Shown: positions 1 through 14,357, numbered from the stretch's first letter. The stretch: 64,000 nt of DNA from Eledone cirrhosa (GCA_964016885.1 OZ024740.1:96968001-97032000); one strand, 5' to 3'. Notes: a model not told the origin generated them from the letters alone. Numbers and translations: made by a program.

Positions 1-711
1 CACACATATACATACATACATACGTATGTATGTATATATGTATATGCGTATGTATGTATGTATATATATATATGCGTATGTATGTATGTATATATGTGTG
101 CGTATGTATGTATGTATATATATATACGTATGTATGTATGTATATATATATACGTGTGTGTGTATGTATATATATGTACGTATGTATGTATGTATATATA
201 TGTACGTATGTATGTATGTATATATATGTACGTGTGTGTGTATGTGTATATATGTACGTGTGTATGTATGTATATATATGTGCGTATGTATGTATGTATG
301 TATATATGCGTATGTATGTATGTGTATATATATACGTATGTATGTATGTATATATGTGTGCGTATGTATGTATGTATATATATATACGTGTGTGTGTATG
401 TATGTGTATATACGTATGTATGTATGTGTATGTGTGTGCGTATGTATGTATGTATATATATATGCGTGTGTGTGTATGTATGTATGTGTGCGTGTGTATG
501 TATGTATATATATATACGTATGTATGTATGTATGTGTATGTACGTATGTATGTATGTATATATATATACGTATGTATGTATGTATATGTGTATGCGTATG
601 TATGTATGTATGTATGTGTGCGTATGTGTGTATGTATATATATATGCGTGTGTATGTATGTATATATATATACGTATGTATACATGTATATATACGTATG
701 TATGTATATAT

Positions 712-712
<1 letters not shown>
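1..712. repeat. Compound microsatellite (TATG/TA/TG/TACG)n
   Basis: Continuous alternating purine-pyrimidine simple repeats; the long Y/M/V/C ORFs over it are artefacts. Confidence 0.97.
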
Positions 713-1600
<888 letters not shown>

Positions 1601-2068
1601 TTTTTTTGTGAATGTGTCTGTTGATTTTTGGCATATAGTTGATTAGTTTAAGAGAAGTTCGAAGATAATAGTAAGATATGCACTCAGTATTTTGAATCTG
1701 TCTGCAGAATTCTCTAGACCTCTGTCACTTAGTAGAACCTTAATGACTTTAGCTTTTAAAGGATCTCCCTTTTCTTTAATTCTATCGACTATGACTGACC
1801 CCCCACTGATTTTATAGACATCTGTTAGCTTAAGAGAAACTTATTGACAAGGAATGGTAGGCCATCCGGAACCTGTTTATAGAATTCTGTCTGCCCTTGT
1901 TACTCTAAAAACATAAATAAATAAAAATAAAAATAAACTATAGCTTTGTAGAATTAGCTTTTAATGAATTCCCTTTTCTATCAACCAATGACCTGCACCC
2001 ATCCCACTCCCCACCCTCTCCTACCACTTGTAGAGACCTATAAATACCATATTTATTTTTTGATACCC

Positions 2069-2119
2069 AGATTCCTGATGATTTCAAATGAATGAAACAG
2101 TTCTAGTCCTGTAGAATCT
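2069..2119 (+). ncRNA. Type I hammerhead ribozyme motif (probable PLE terminus)
   Basis: agattc-CTGATGA-t-ttca-aa-tgaa-t-GAAAC-ag..ct-GTA-gaatct: perfect 6-bp stem I and intact core. The segment ends about 80 bp later at (TA)n. Confidence 0.8.
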
Positions 2120-2201
2120 CATCTATATTAAAACTGTTATACTCTGCTATGTATTGAGTACCTTACTTACTGTGGTTACCTCCGATTCAACCCGGAATAA
2201 C

Positions 2202-2202
<1 letters not shown>

Positions 2203-2273
<71 letters not shown>
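2203..2273. repeat. (TA)n microsatellite
   Basis: Direct inspection. Confidence 0.97.
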
Positions 2274-2277
<4 letters not shown>

Positions 2278-3441
2278 ACAGGGAGAAAAAGACGATTATT
2301 AGGAAGAAAAATATTTTTTTTTCCTTTTTTTATTTTTTTCTCTCTTTTTTCTGGGTTAGAAATTATTAAAACGAAATATTTTATTTTGTGTGAAGTGTTA
2401 AGGTATTAGTTGATTTATTTATTAATTAATAATGGCATTTATTTATTTATATATATATTTAATAATTGTCTATTACCGGTTTCAACATTTGTATGCATTA
2501 TCAAATGATAATATGTATTGGTGTAGAATGGTGGTGTTGGATATGTTAAAGAAATGGTGCAGAAAGAATAATGTTATTTACAAACAAGGTTTATGAAGTG
2601 TAAAGGAAAAAGAAAAAAACGATCGTAATGTGGAACATAATAAGGCAATGTGAAAGAAAAAATAATGTTATTTACAGGCATAGTTCTTGAAGATAAACAT
2701 ATCAAAATGTGTTAATATAGCAAGAGTGCTTAGTTGATCCATGGTGGAGGAAAATGGAGGACTGGGGTTTCATATGATTTCTCTTTTACAGAGTTAATAT
2801 GCATATATCCCACACATAGATACATATTTATATGTGTGTTTATATGTGTGTGATTGAGTGTTTTCATTAGCAAGGTAGTGCTGCTATATTAAGTAATATT
2901 GACAAACCCACCCAGCTTTCTACTGCTGCCTTTTGTTTTACTAATTAGCCGCTTAATTCTAACACCTGGTATACCAGTATCGACAAGAGAATTTAGTAGT
3001 AAGGTCAATATTCAGAATCCCCCTAATGGACTAGGTTGCTGGTGAGAGCTATTAGTCCGCTATTTGTTGATTATTGGTTTATAACTAATCGATGATTAGC
3101 ATAGTCTCTTGCTTGGTTCGAAACAGTACAGTACATGCAACGTCATGTGCTAAACAATGACGATGCTTGCCAGTTCAAATGGGGTAAAATTCGAGTAATT
3201 TAACGTGTTCTTATATCAAGTTTTTGAAACATTCATTTCACACTCTATATATAGCAAGGGCTCCTGGCTGGGCCTGTTACCTAACAATTCATGCATGCAC
3301 GCCAAATGGATTTGTTGAAAAGTAAGCAACGGGTTCGAAATCGTCGTATATCGATATATTTAGTCTTCATAATTATCATTACGACATATATATATATTGA
3401 AAGAGTGAAGAATAACATGGTGAACAGTAGAAAAAAGGGTT

Positions 3442-3562
3442 TTATTTACAGTCTGACAAATGTTTCACTGATTAAGTTGTCTAAATATTGCTGAGCACTT
3501 GAAGTAGTGCCACTCAATTTTAAATACGTTGTTAGCTTAACCAGATCATCGGAGATAAATAA
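3442..3562 (-). ncRNA. Type I hammerhead motif with extended stem II
   Basis: Minus strand reads ttattta-tct-CCGATGA-t-ctggttaag...cttaatcag-t-GAAAC-attt-GTC-aga-ctg-taaataa. The core has U4->C; stem II has a 9-bp base and a long insert. Confidence 0.6.
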
Positions 3563-4309
3563 CTGTTATATGTTCAGTATTTTTACGAATTCAAATTGCA
3601 GCATCATTAATAATATTAATAATAAAGATAGAGAGAGAAAAAAGAAAGAGAGATACAGAGAAGGAAGAAAGAAAAAGGATAAAGGAAAAAAGTGAAAGGT
3701 GTAGAGAGAAAAGAAAACAGAGACAAAAGAAGATAGAAAGAGGAGAGAAAAGGATAAAGAAGAAATAAAGGTAAAGGAGAATAAAAATAAAGCGAAAATA
3801 ATGATATCAACAATAAATGAATAAATGCTAATAAATAAGTGCTAATAGATAAGTTACATCGAGGATGATACAAAATAATAATACAAAATATGAAAATAAA
3901 TAAATAAAAAAATGTTTATATGTGCGAAGAAAAGTAAACATAGTAATTTTATTGAGAGTAGTTGTGGTGTTGGTGGTTAATATATAGAGATACGAAGGTA
4001 TATGTTAAATATATTTGTTAAATATATTTATGTGTGTATTGGTTATTTTAATAAATTAATTATATAATTAATTAATTATTTGATTAATTAATTGCAAGTT
4101 ATATTAGAAGCGAAAATAATACGATAATATAAAATGCAAGAGATGAAATAAATTTAGGGAGAGAAATAGAGAGATAGAAAGTGAAAGAGAGAGATATATA
4201 AAATATAAGTATAAAATATAAAAGCTTATGACATTGGTTCATTGAGAGATGATGACAATTATAATAATAATGATGATAATAGGATATTATAATAGATTTA
4301 AATAGTACA

Positions 4310-5732
4310 ATTTGAGTTAAGTTGGTCTAAAGTTATCAAATTTGGTCACCGTTTTATGCCTACAGAAAATAGATCTTTCAATTTTGTTGTTAAGTAGCAT
4401 TTTGTTGTATTTTAAAATTTAGGAATAGCTCCATATTACGAAGACCACAGTGGGACATGCCAATTCTATAGGCTATTGCCTAATTTCGTCCAGCTGATTC
4501 TGTATTCCTCGTTTGCATCTTTGAGCTGACATATATTATTCGCGAGAGTTGTATTCATAAGCTTCCTGTTATTTATAGAGTGTCTGTGGACCCATCACCT
4601 TTTCTTGAACTCCCCCGCTGTAGAACCTATGTAGTGGCATGCTAAGTTGCCTGTATTTATAGTACATAGGTAGACTATATTTGACTCCAGGCATCTATTT
4701 TGTAATGGGCATTTATCAGGCAGATGACAGTTACATTTTGATGCCTTCCTATGTGCCGGTTTCTCGATATGGTTTTGTATGTTGTTATGTATGGACTGAG
4801 AATTGGGTTTGTTGATGTATTGTGGTGATGTGTTCTAACATGTGTTTGGTTGTGATGATGTTATGTGTTTGTGTTTTATATTTGGTGTTATGGTACTTGT
4901 TTGCGGGCTACTTGTATTATAAATTATCTTATAGTTAATTTTATGTATGTGCGATACTATGTTGTTGGCAGTGGAGTAAGATAATTTGATAGTTTTTCTA
5001 TTAAAGATTTTATGATATTTATGAAGTTTAGGGAAGTGTTTGACAAATTATTTAAAGAAAGTATAAGGTAGTTTTGTTTTTATAGAAGAGTTAATTATTG
5101 GATGGAACCATAAGTATTTTCTATCTCTGCATATTCTATAGTTTCTAGTTGTCTTTATATTAATATTCGGTTCAATTAATTCTCGTGTTTGTTGCCAATT
5201 TCTATGTTTAGTCCTAGATTTGTTGCTTCTATAGGTGTGGATAGTGTTATTTCTGTTAAGTGTGTTGTTATTTTTTTATCTGGTATGTATTTGAGTCGCT
5301 CTTTATGGCCTGTCTTAAGTAAAGCTATGTTGTAGTAGTTAGCGTGTTCGTTAAAAATCTCTAGATTAGAAGATAAGAGCGTGATTTTAAGGGATATACT
5401 ATGTAATATGGAGTTAATTATGGAACGTGGGTGATTAGAGTTATAATTAATGTAAGCTAGATTTTCCTTATTTTTATTGAAGGGTTCTAATAGTCCAGTG
5501 TTTAGGTTAAATGATACATCTATGAAGTTAGCTTTTTTAGAGTTGAGTTCAAAAGTGATGCTAAGGCCTAATGTATTAAAGAATGTTCTAATCCTTTTCC
5601 GTAATCTTTCTAAGTTTTGATTATTTATGTTTTTAGATGAAAGTAATGTATCGTCTCTATAAATTCCTCCCTGTAGGTTATCAAATTCCTTATGTCAGAT
5701 ATGTGGTGTATATATTCCGACAAAGTGTTTTT

Positions 5733-5733
<1 letters not shown>
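4310..5733 (-). pseudogene. PLE reverse transcriptase/GIY-YIG ORF remnant
   Basis: YRDD catalytic motif, thumb SNHP motif, CxC-x5-C linker and IVY/YIG motifs, interrupted by stops. Confidence 0.88.

Positions 5734-5734
<1 letters not shown>

Positions 5735-5798
<64 letters not shown>
5735..5798. repeat. (TA)n microsatellite
   Basis: Direct inspection. Confidence 0.97.
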
Positions 5799-5799
<1 letters not shown>

Positions 5800-5894
5800 G
5801 TAAAACACTTTGGATTATATCCGTAGTGGCAGAGCACTCAGTCCAACGGACGAGTTCGGTATAAAAAAATTCCACAACAGTTATTTCATCATTT

Positions 5895-5935
5895 CCGAGA
5901 ACAATTGTTTCACCTTATTCGGATCATCAGCTCGG
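5895..5935 (-). ncRNA. Minimal type I hammerhead (palindromic stem III)
   Basis: ccgag-CTGATGA-t-cc-gaataa-gg-t-GAAAC-aatt-GTT-ctcgg on the minus strand. Confidence 0.8.
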
Positions 5936-6598
5936 TTTAAATGAGATTTTACGGAAAAGGAAAAGCAATTGTACGGGAAGAAACACACCTTGGATTAATG
6001 GAGGGAGACAACTGTGGATACTCAGAATAAAAATAGAGTATACGTGTTATTCAGTCCAGAAAATTACAGATTTTTCTTGTTAGTCAGTCTGTAAATTTGT
6101 AATTACCTTATAGGTGTTTCCAGACATGTGGACAACGCGAAAATAGATTTACTTGCATTTAGGCAAGCGCTATTATGAAATCTTATCGGGATATTTATTC
6201 ATCTTCAATGCAAGACAGATTCCCGTTTCTGTATGGCTTAGACTTAGTAATAACTTTCCATACGTGGGTAGCAAACTTTGTGAACGATCGTTTGTCCGGG
6301 TATATAAAAATCGACACATTATTCAGGAAGCGTTCTTTAAATGCGCCCTCCGCCATACCTACATAGGATTTGACCTCTTGTTTTTTATTTGTTCCGTCAG
6401 AATTGACCACAGCTGCATAAAATACAGCAAGTGGACACATTTCAGCTCTTCCGCAAGAGCATTCTGGTAGAGGGATTCTGCTCTTAGGATTGTTAGTGAT
6501 GTGGTCCTTCGTGGTTTGGCACAGGAGTAACCTAGTTTCACGTTGTGTCTGTTAAAGTTGGAGCAGTTGCATCTTTAACAGACACAGTCTAATTTAAA

Positions 6599-6639
6599 CC
6601 GAGCTGATGATCCGAATAATGTGAAAATGTTGTTCTCAG
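6599..6639 (+). ncRNA. Degenerate minimal hammerhead (inverted copy)
   Basis: ccgag-CTGATGA-tccgaataatgt-GAAAAtgttgttctcag; stem III is damaged. Confidence 0.5.
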
Positions 6640-6729
6640 AAATGGTGAATTAATGTTGTGGAACTATTAATACCAAACTTGTCCCATGGACTGAGTGCTC
6701 TACTACTACGGATATAACCCACATTGTTC

Positions 6730-6841
<112 letters not shown>

Positions 6842-6867
6842 GGTTACACAACAGTTAGTTCACCATA

Positions 6868-6907
6868 CCGAGAACAATTGTTTCACCTTAGCGGTTTCTC
6901 AGCTCGG
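6868..6907 (-). ncRNA. Minimal hammerhead, variant core
   Basis: ccgag-CTGAGAA-accgctaaggt-GAAAC-aatt-GTT-ctcgg on the minus strand. Confidence 0.55.
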
Positions 6908-7606
6908 AATGGGCATGGTTATAGGAACAGAAAGGACAACCGTACGAACGTGCATGCGCAGAAACCCGGTCACTTCAAACAGGCAATACTAGACTGCGTC
7001 TCCTCTTGCCGTAAGCCTGAAGCTTATCCCCTTCAACAGCAATGCAACAAACCAGCTGTAATTTATGAAGCTGTGGTCACTTCCAACCGACCAAACGAAA
7101 CACAGGAGGTAACATCCTATGTGGGCATGGCGTAGGGCCGATTTAAGGAACGTTTCCTGAACCACTAATCTACCGGTGCCCGGACAGACGCTCATCCACG
7201 AAACTCGCGATCACGTATGGTCCCTCAAGGACTCAAGTATAGACTACTCCTTTCAATGGAAAGCCATCACTAAGTCCAAGCCATACGCAGGGGATATCCG
7301 ACGTGTGGCTTATGTATTGACGAACGAATAACTATTCTAAAGAGATTACGCAATAGTGATTGCCTAAACACGAGACATGAATTTTTCGCACGTTGTCCAC
7401 ACGTCTCCAAACACCTGTTGCATAACTACAAAACTCCGGACTGATTCTTTGTAATTTTATTTCCAACCTAAACACTTTTCGGACTTTCGCAGTTATCTCC
7501 GTTACACCTCTCGCACGCAGTCTAGTATTGCCTGTGTGGAGTGACCCCGTTTCTGCGCATGCGTGTTCGTACGGTTGTCCTTTCTGTTCCTATAACCATG
7601 CCCATT

Positions 7607-7646
7607 CCAAGCTGAGGATCCGCTAAGGTGAAACAATTGTTCTCAG
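7607..7646 (+). ncRNA. Minimal type I hammerhead
   Basis: ccaag-CTGAGGA-tccgctaaggt-GAAAC-aatt-GTT-ctcag; stem I is partly decayed. Confidence 0.65.
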
Positions 7647-7745
7647 TATGTTGAACTAACTGTTTTGTAACCACTTCTTCCCAACTTGTCCCGTACCATG
7701 GACTGAGTGCTCTACCACTACGAATATTACCTTCCAGTGTTCCAC

Positions 7746-7788
<43 letters not shown>

Positions 7789-7791
<3 letters not shown>

Positions 7792-7895
7792 TGTTACCCG
7801 GAGAAATACCCATCTGCATTGTTGTGGCTTCCAAAAGGACATAAAGAAAATGTATCTTATTATTCCACAATGCTTCAAGAAAATTTCAATACTCT

Positions 7896-7898
<3 letters not shown>
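7789..7898. mobile_element. Terminal fragment of the foldback element family, inverted relative to 7963-8073 across a (TA)n tract
   Basis: tcttgttacccggag...aatactctctt is the near-perfect reverse complement of aagagagtatt...gtaacaaga. Confidence 0.8.
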
Positions 7899-7962
<64 letters not shown>

Positions 7963-7967
<5 letters not shown>

Positions 7968-9100
7968 AGAGTATTGAAGTTTGTTTGAAGCATTGTGGAA
8001 TAATAAGATACATTTTCTTTATGTCCTTTTGGAAGCCTCAACAATGCAGATGGGTAATTCTCCGAGTAACAAGATCCGGTGGTGAAGAGAGAGATGTAAG
8101 TGAATGTAGAATGAGATGTATAGTGTGTAGAAGAACGTAGGAAAGAGCAGAACAAATAAATATAATAACACGAGATAGAGTTACCTTGGGAGAGATTTAA
8201 ATGTCCCTATATTTCGGATTCACATCCAACAACTGTGTGGTTTTCCGGGGGGGGGGGGGAGGTTATCTGCCGGATAGGTGCGATATGTGTCCTCCGCTGT
8301 TCGTTGTTTTGAATATCTGAGGTATCCATCAGACGCGCGCGCGCGTGAAATGGGGTCGATCAAGCAGAGGTCGGCGGCCGAAATAGTTCTTTAATATTGG
8401 GAGTGGGGTGGCGTTAGCTGTCAATCTATTGTATTATATGTGTGCGTGTAGCAACACACACACACACACAAACACACAGTTGCATTCCACCTTACGAATA
8501 TACTACACTGCTAAAACAGACAAACGAGGCAACAACACACGCACACATAGACACAAGCGTGACAACAACACACGCACACACACACTCACACACACACAGT
8601 AGCATTCACCAAACGGGCAGGGAATACTACCACCACCACACACTATTCAACACTGCTAATACAGAAACCAGCACTGGCAGATAATACAATGGATTGACAG
8701 CTAACGCCACTCCACACCCACAAATAAAAGAACTATTCCGGCCGCCGACCTCTGCTTGACCGACCCCATTTCACGCGCGCGCGCGCTCTGAGGAATACCT
8801 CAGATATTCAAAACAACGAACAGCGGAGGACACGTATCAAACCTATAAGACAAATAACCCCCCCCCCGCAAAACCCCCCAGTTGATGCATGTGAATCCGA
8901 AATATAGGGACAATTAAATCTCTCCCAAGGTAACTCTATCTCGTGTTATCATTTATATTTTTTTTTATATTTGTATAGCTCTTTCCTACGTTCTTCTACA
9001 CACGATACATTTCATTCTACATTCACTTACATCTCTCTCTTCACCAGCGGATCTTGTTACCCGGAGAATTACCCATCTGCATTGTAGAGGCTTCTAAAAC
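7963..9100. mobile_element. Non-coding foldback element with ~410-bp inverted arms (8027-8437 / 8681-9100) and CA-rich spacer
   Basis: The arms are reverse complements along their length (e.g. gagatagagttaccttgggagag / ctctcccaaggtaactctatctc). Bounded by TA-rich DNA; no ORF. Confidence 0.85.
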
Positions 9101-9149
9101 GGCCTAAATAAAAATAAAAAAAAAATATATATATATATATATAACCTAC

Positions 9150-11000
9150 ATTGAAGTGTAAATCGTATGCCTATTTTGTTATACCTTGTAAAATCTTAAG
9201 TTATTCAGAAGAGGTTATCCCCCTTATGCACTAGTTCTTAAGGAAATTTTTTTTTTTATTTCCTATTTTCTTAATATTTTCTATATCTTAATTTCATAAA
9301 TCTTGATTTGCATAATAAGCCATAATGAACCACATATTCCTTAAATCGTAAAAGATTGTGTTTCCTTTATATATAACATTGCACTAAATATGTTTTCATT
9401 GATTAAATGAATGTGTGTACATACATTTATTGAAGTTATATTTGTTTTATAGCATCGAGCATGACTGTGCAATAATAGTATACTTCTTTAAATAATGAAT
9501 ATCGTATGTACGCTCCTATACATTAACGGTATCCCAAACGTGTTTTGGAACGACAATGTTAAACGTGACTTCATTTCCAGTAAAGAAGTGAACGCACGTG
9601 CTATCGTCTCTCCATACGGTTCATGCACTGATAGTGTTCCCTGTCTAAATTCTGATTACATTTATCTCTATAAATAGCACTTTTTTCCTCCTAACCTTTT
9701 CACTTCCGTAAGTTTTTTGTTGTTGTTGTAATTGGCTATGATGAACTAATTTTTTTTATGATAAACTGTTTTGCATTACGCGTGTATGTCGATTAAAATG
9801 ATTTGATACATAAATCCTTGGTTTATTAATACATATATATATGGGGGGGGGGCATGCGTGTGAGAACGCAAGTGTGCGTGCGTGTATATCATACTGGGCT
9901 TAATATATTAGTATATATTAATTTACTGTATATGTTTTCTTCACCTTATTGTGACCACATTTTTGGTTGTGATGGCTCACTGTATATGTTCCTGAAGACG
10001 CATTGAGAACAGTATTTCATTTTCTCAATATGTTTCAGATTTGCAAAATTTCTAATAATCAATTGGTCAATCGTTAAATGTGGAGTAATATCGTAAATTA
10101 ACGGCTCTAAACAGGAAAACTATGCTAACCTACAATTGGGCTCCAAAAATGTATTAAGTAACAAAGATTAAACTGGTTATTTGGATAATATTTTCTCATG
10201 TAACTGCTTTGGCTACGGGGTATATAAAATGTATTAAAACATCTGTACTTTATAAACCTACTTTACTACTCACCTTTGAAGTTATTTAAAGTCCTGAATT
10301 ATATAAATCTTCAAAGACAAGACTTCAAATCTTGTACTCATTAGTTAACGGGTATTTTGTATATCACAGAATTGTTATTTTGTCCATTTAGTGTCTCTCA
10401 ACTACTTTATATAACTGGAATGTTTGTGGCATTCCTATTTCTTAGTTTCCGAAAGATGAAGTATGGCTATAATAGCAGGATATGTTATACGTATACAACA
10501 AGAGTATTACAGAAATATATTTGACTTTAAAAATGATAAACACTTTCCGTTTTATTTCAGAGAATTAGTTTGCCTCTACGCAATACATTGCAAACTAGTT
10601 ATCACTTAATAATCAAGTTATATTCGACTTTCTTTTGATAAGGCTCAAAAATTATATTTCATGACACAGTTAAATTACTAAAACCAGTAAAAATAGCCAC
10701 CGTTAGATTATTAAAACCAGTAAAAATATCAACATTATATACACGGAGGTTTTCACTAAGTAAAACATGGCATAAGTTAAACTTTACTCCACTTGGAAAC
10801 GAACTCATGAACTTAAAATATAATAGAAAATAGGTATGAATCCTTTGGTTATCATTCTTCAATTTGTGTCACGCTTTCAACCAACAGAGAAGTTATTGAA
10901 TTCAAAGGTATTTTGTAAAAACATGAATATATTTTGTGAGTTAGTCCCGCGTTGGCAATTTATTTATTTTATCTCTCAATCATCACAATGGGAACTGCTA
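9150..11000 (-). pseudogene. Possible highly decayed leucine-rich-repeat coding remnant
   Basis: Short minus-strand peptides such as DIFTGFNNLTV, FSEIKRKVF and IHLINENIFSAM resemble LRR segments; there is no sustained ORF. Confidence 0.2.
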
Positions 11001-13049
11001 AAGGATTAACAAAATAAAACCTATGAAGATTAGTGGATCTCACGAACTTCTCTGAAATATACATAGAGGTGTGGTGATCTGCTCTTTAGCTAAGCCTTAA
11101 TATAAAAAAAAGATAAATCAACCTTTTCAATACTAATATTGATACAAAACTGAGATACACAGATGATACCTGTATTAAAGGCGCAGGTCAAAAGGAGATA
11201 TCAATATTTTATCTCTATCATCTCTAACTCTCTCCATGTATTTATTTATATATATATACATATAAAGAGAGAGGAAAAAAGGAGGGAGGTATATATTCAT
11301 ACAATTAGACAGAAAGTCAGAGATATAAAGCGAGGAGAAGAAGGAAGCATTGAGAGATAGAGAGAGAGAGATAGTTAGAGAGAGAAGAATTGTTTTCTTA
11401 ATATACCACAGTGGAGTTCAGGTTAGTATGAAAAGAAATGGTTATTCATATCAGAATTCTGGTGACGGTGGTCTCAGATCGCACGTGGATAAAATGTAAT
11501 AAGCTAACAAATAAAACAGCAAACAAACAAAAACCCAGCCACCACCAACATCAACAACTACAATGATAACAATAAAAACAGGCATAATAAAAATGACGAT
11601 ACCGATAAATAAAGATGAAATAATAACTGAACAATAATAGCACTTGAATGTAGGAAAGTTTACATTTTGTTCGCGTTTGAAATATTCTTCCATTTCCACA
11701 TGCCAAATAGACAATGAGCAAGAAAATGTGATATAAATATATATTTTATTTTCTCTTTTCCTAATTAAGTTATGCTTCTCATACGACATGTTAAGCGACT
11801 TCCAATGTGCTATGAAATACAAAAATCGTGTTTGGAAAAAATAAGAAATAAAAATATGCCAACCAAAAATAAGAAAAAACAAGCAAAAGTTGATTTAAAC
11901 CACATCATTGGGCATTCATAGAAATGCAGCCACATATTTCGTTTGTTCATTGCAAATAACAGATAAACCAACCGCATGAGGTTTATAACCTATAGAAGTT
12001 TTGTGATAAACGTCTCTTTCTAGTTTTGTATTTCTACAGTAGAAAAATAATATATATATAAAAACCCTATGCACCTTCTTTACTGAGGCAACGCAATTTT
12101 ATTGGCACTATCTGATTTTCGCTTTGATTTCAACGTAAAATTCACGCTTGAGATGTTTTCGATCAAGAATTCCTAATAGCCGTATGAACAATATATATTA
12201 TTTTACCATTCCTTGAGAATCATACACAAATCAACCTTCTTCTTCTTTGCACTCTTTTTACTCCCTATCACTCTGTTTGCTCTCTGTAGCTCTCTAATCG
12301 TCTTCACAAATCATACACACTCCAACACTCTCAGTCTCTACACTTCTTTCTCTGTCCCAATCTCTTCACCATGTTTCACTCTTTCACCTATAGGAGAAAG
12401 AAATTGTTTGAATTTTTTTAATAGTATACACTTGTTGTTAAGCTCAGTTTCTCCCTTTGCTTTTCGGTATTTCTTCTAAATATATTTTTAAGTTTTATCT
12501 TATTTGTATTATAAATATTGTATGTATTTATATATGGGTATTGCTGTTTTATGACGTAGATGATGGGTGGAGGGGAGTAGTAACTTAACTACAAATATCT
12601 TAAGGTTTGCTACTGTAAACCATCAATGCGACAAGGAATTTCAGTTTATATTCACGCGTCATGAGAAAGAAAGAATCCAATAAAAATAACATTAAGAACA
12701 CACTCATGCTCATAATGCCCTTTGAATAGACGGAAGAAAAGAGAAAATGCTATGGAAATAAGAAAACTAAACAAATTAAAAAGTTTAAAAAAAAAACAAG
12801 GAATACTAAATAAAATATAAAATTATAAAATTATAAAAGTAAACAGATATTCTAAATTGAAACATTTATGCGACGAAATGCATTCCTAATGTACTTTGGA
12901 GAAATAATAGGAAACGTCGATGGCATTAAAATTGATATATAAATAATTAATCTCCTGCATCACACTCACATTAATGATTATGCATTTGTATTTTTGTTAT
13001 TATTTGTAGCCCCGAAACGGTTAGAATTATCAACAGGTGATGATCTATA

Positions 13050-13107
13050 CCTATATATATATGTATACATACATATACATATATATACATACCTATATAT
13101 ATATATA

Positions 13108-13142
<35 letters not shown>
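13050..13142. repeat. (TA/TACA)n + (GATA)n microsatellite
   Basis: Direct inspection. Confidence 0.95.
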
Positions 13143-14114
13143 TATTTCTTTTATTTGCCACTAGGGCATCAAAAGTGGGACAAGTACAAAGGGGGGAGTT
13201 TACACAAAAAGGCGTCCTCAATAAGGAGGAGGCAATAACAAAATATAAAAATAAAATAAGATATAACAAAAAATAAGATTTTTAACAAAATCCTCAATAG
13301 AGAGGAGGCGCCTTGGGGGGTCGCACACACCCCCGAAAAAAGTGTGCAACCCTTCTCCTCAGGAGCACAGAGAAGGGGTGCTCCCTTGGTCTTTCATCTT
13401 CCTCACCTATAGTCTGATGTAGAGTGAAGGCCCATTCACACGGGCCATTCTCGCCACTTTCACCCATCTTTCATAGAAACGGCTGGGGTGCGGCACCTCT
13501 CTCTCCATCCTGATCCTTCTTCCGAAATGATATCGGAAGAAACGGACCAGTTGTTGGCCAGAGAGAAAGGTGCCTGACCTCAGTCCTTTCAGACGCGTCC
13601 ACCATACAACCTCTTTCGCCATGGCTATTACGCACAAAAACACCGCCTCTGCTTCATCTTTGAAGGGGGGAGGCGGCTTGATCATTACAATAGACTCGGT
13701 GGTCAACCGGATCGGTCCCACCCTTGACAGCAGTTGTTCGACATAGCCCCACAGATCGGCTACGCCCGAGCAGTGTACCAATGCGTGTGCAACGGTTTCC
13801 TCGTCGCACACGCATCTGGGACAGATCTTTTTGGCGGGGTCCCTACCCGGGCGCCCGTGTCTGTAGAGCCTTTCTCGAACGGGTAAAGCCCCTCGGTAGC
13901 ACTGCCAGGCCAGGGACTTCTGGAAGTTGTCCATAGGTCCCGGGCTGAATGTCCTACCGAACAGGCTGGCCAGTTCGTCCTCCTCCATGTCTAGGGCTTC
14001 TCCGAGGGCGTCGTCGCACCTGCTGCGTACCAGCCCTCTATAGAATGTTGCGGTGGAGTCTCCACTGATAACCGGATCCGCCTGCCAGAGGGCGGTGAGC
14101 GCCTGGGCACACTC

Positions 14115-14115
<1 letters not shown>
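13143..14115 (-). mobile_element. 5'-truncated L1/Tx1-clade LINE (ORF2 C-terminus, 3' UTR, A-rich tail)
   Basis: Open frame 14115-13407 contains [20 protein letters not shown]...[18 protein letters not shown]...LW, a zf-RVT-type CCHC motif. Tail aaataaaagaaata. (GATA)n lies on both sides. Confidence 0.88.

Positions 14116-14357
<242 letters not shown>

Larger units (their letters stand above)
3398..5733 (-). mobile_element. 5'-truncated, decayed Penelope-like retroelement (Naiad-like RT + C-terminal GIY-YIG endonuclease) with 3' UTR/pLTR
   Basis: Minus-strand translation gives GGIYRDD (5650-5661), then LERLRKRIRTFFNTLGLSITFELNSKKANFIDVSFNLNTG...YINYNSNHP, RKYLWFHP...HFPKLHKYHKIFNRKTIKLSYS, CNCHLPDKCPLQNRCLESNIVYLCTI...YIGSTAGEFKKR and a terminal CRHK. 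Stops and frameshifts are present. An HHR lies downstream and both ends abut TA repeats; the 3' boundary is approximate. Confidence 0.88.

Noticed and set aside
2463-2513. Minus-strand hammerhead-like relic (ttgataa...gaaaccggta)
   Set aside because: Two core mismatches and weak stems; too degenerate to call.
9993-10039. Imperfect ~17-bp hairpin as possible pre-miRNA
   Set aside because: Too short, lacks a basal stem, and is plausible by chance in AT-rich DNA.
11451-12479. Hydrophobic ORFs 11451-11882 and 12213-12479
   Set aside because: Low-complexity AT-rich sequence with no recognisable domain.
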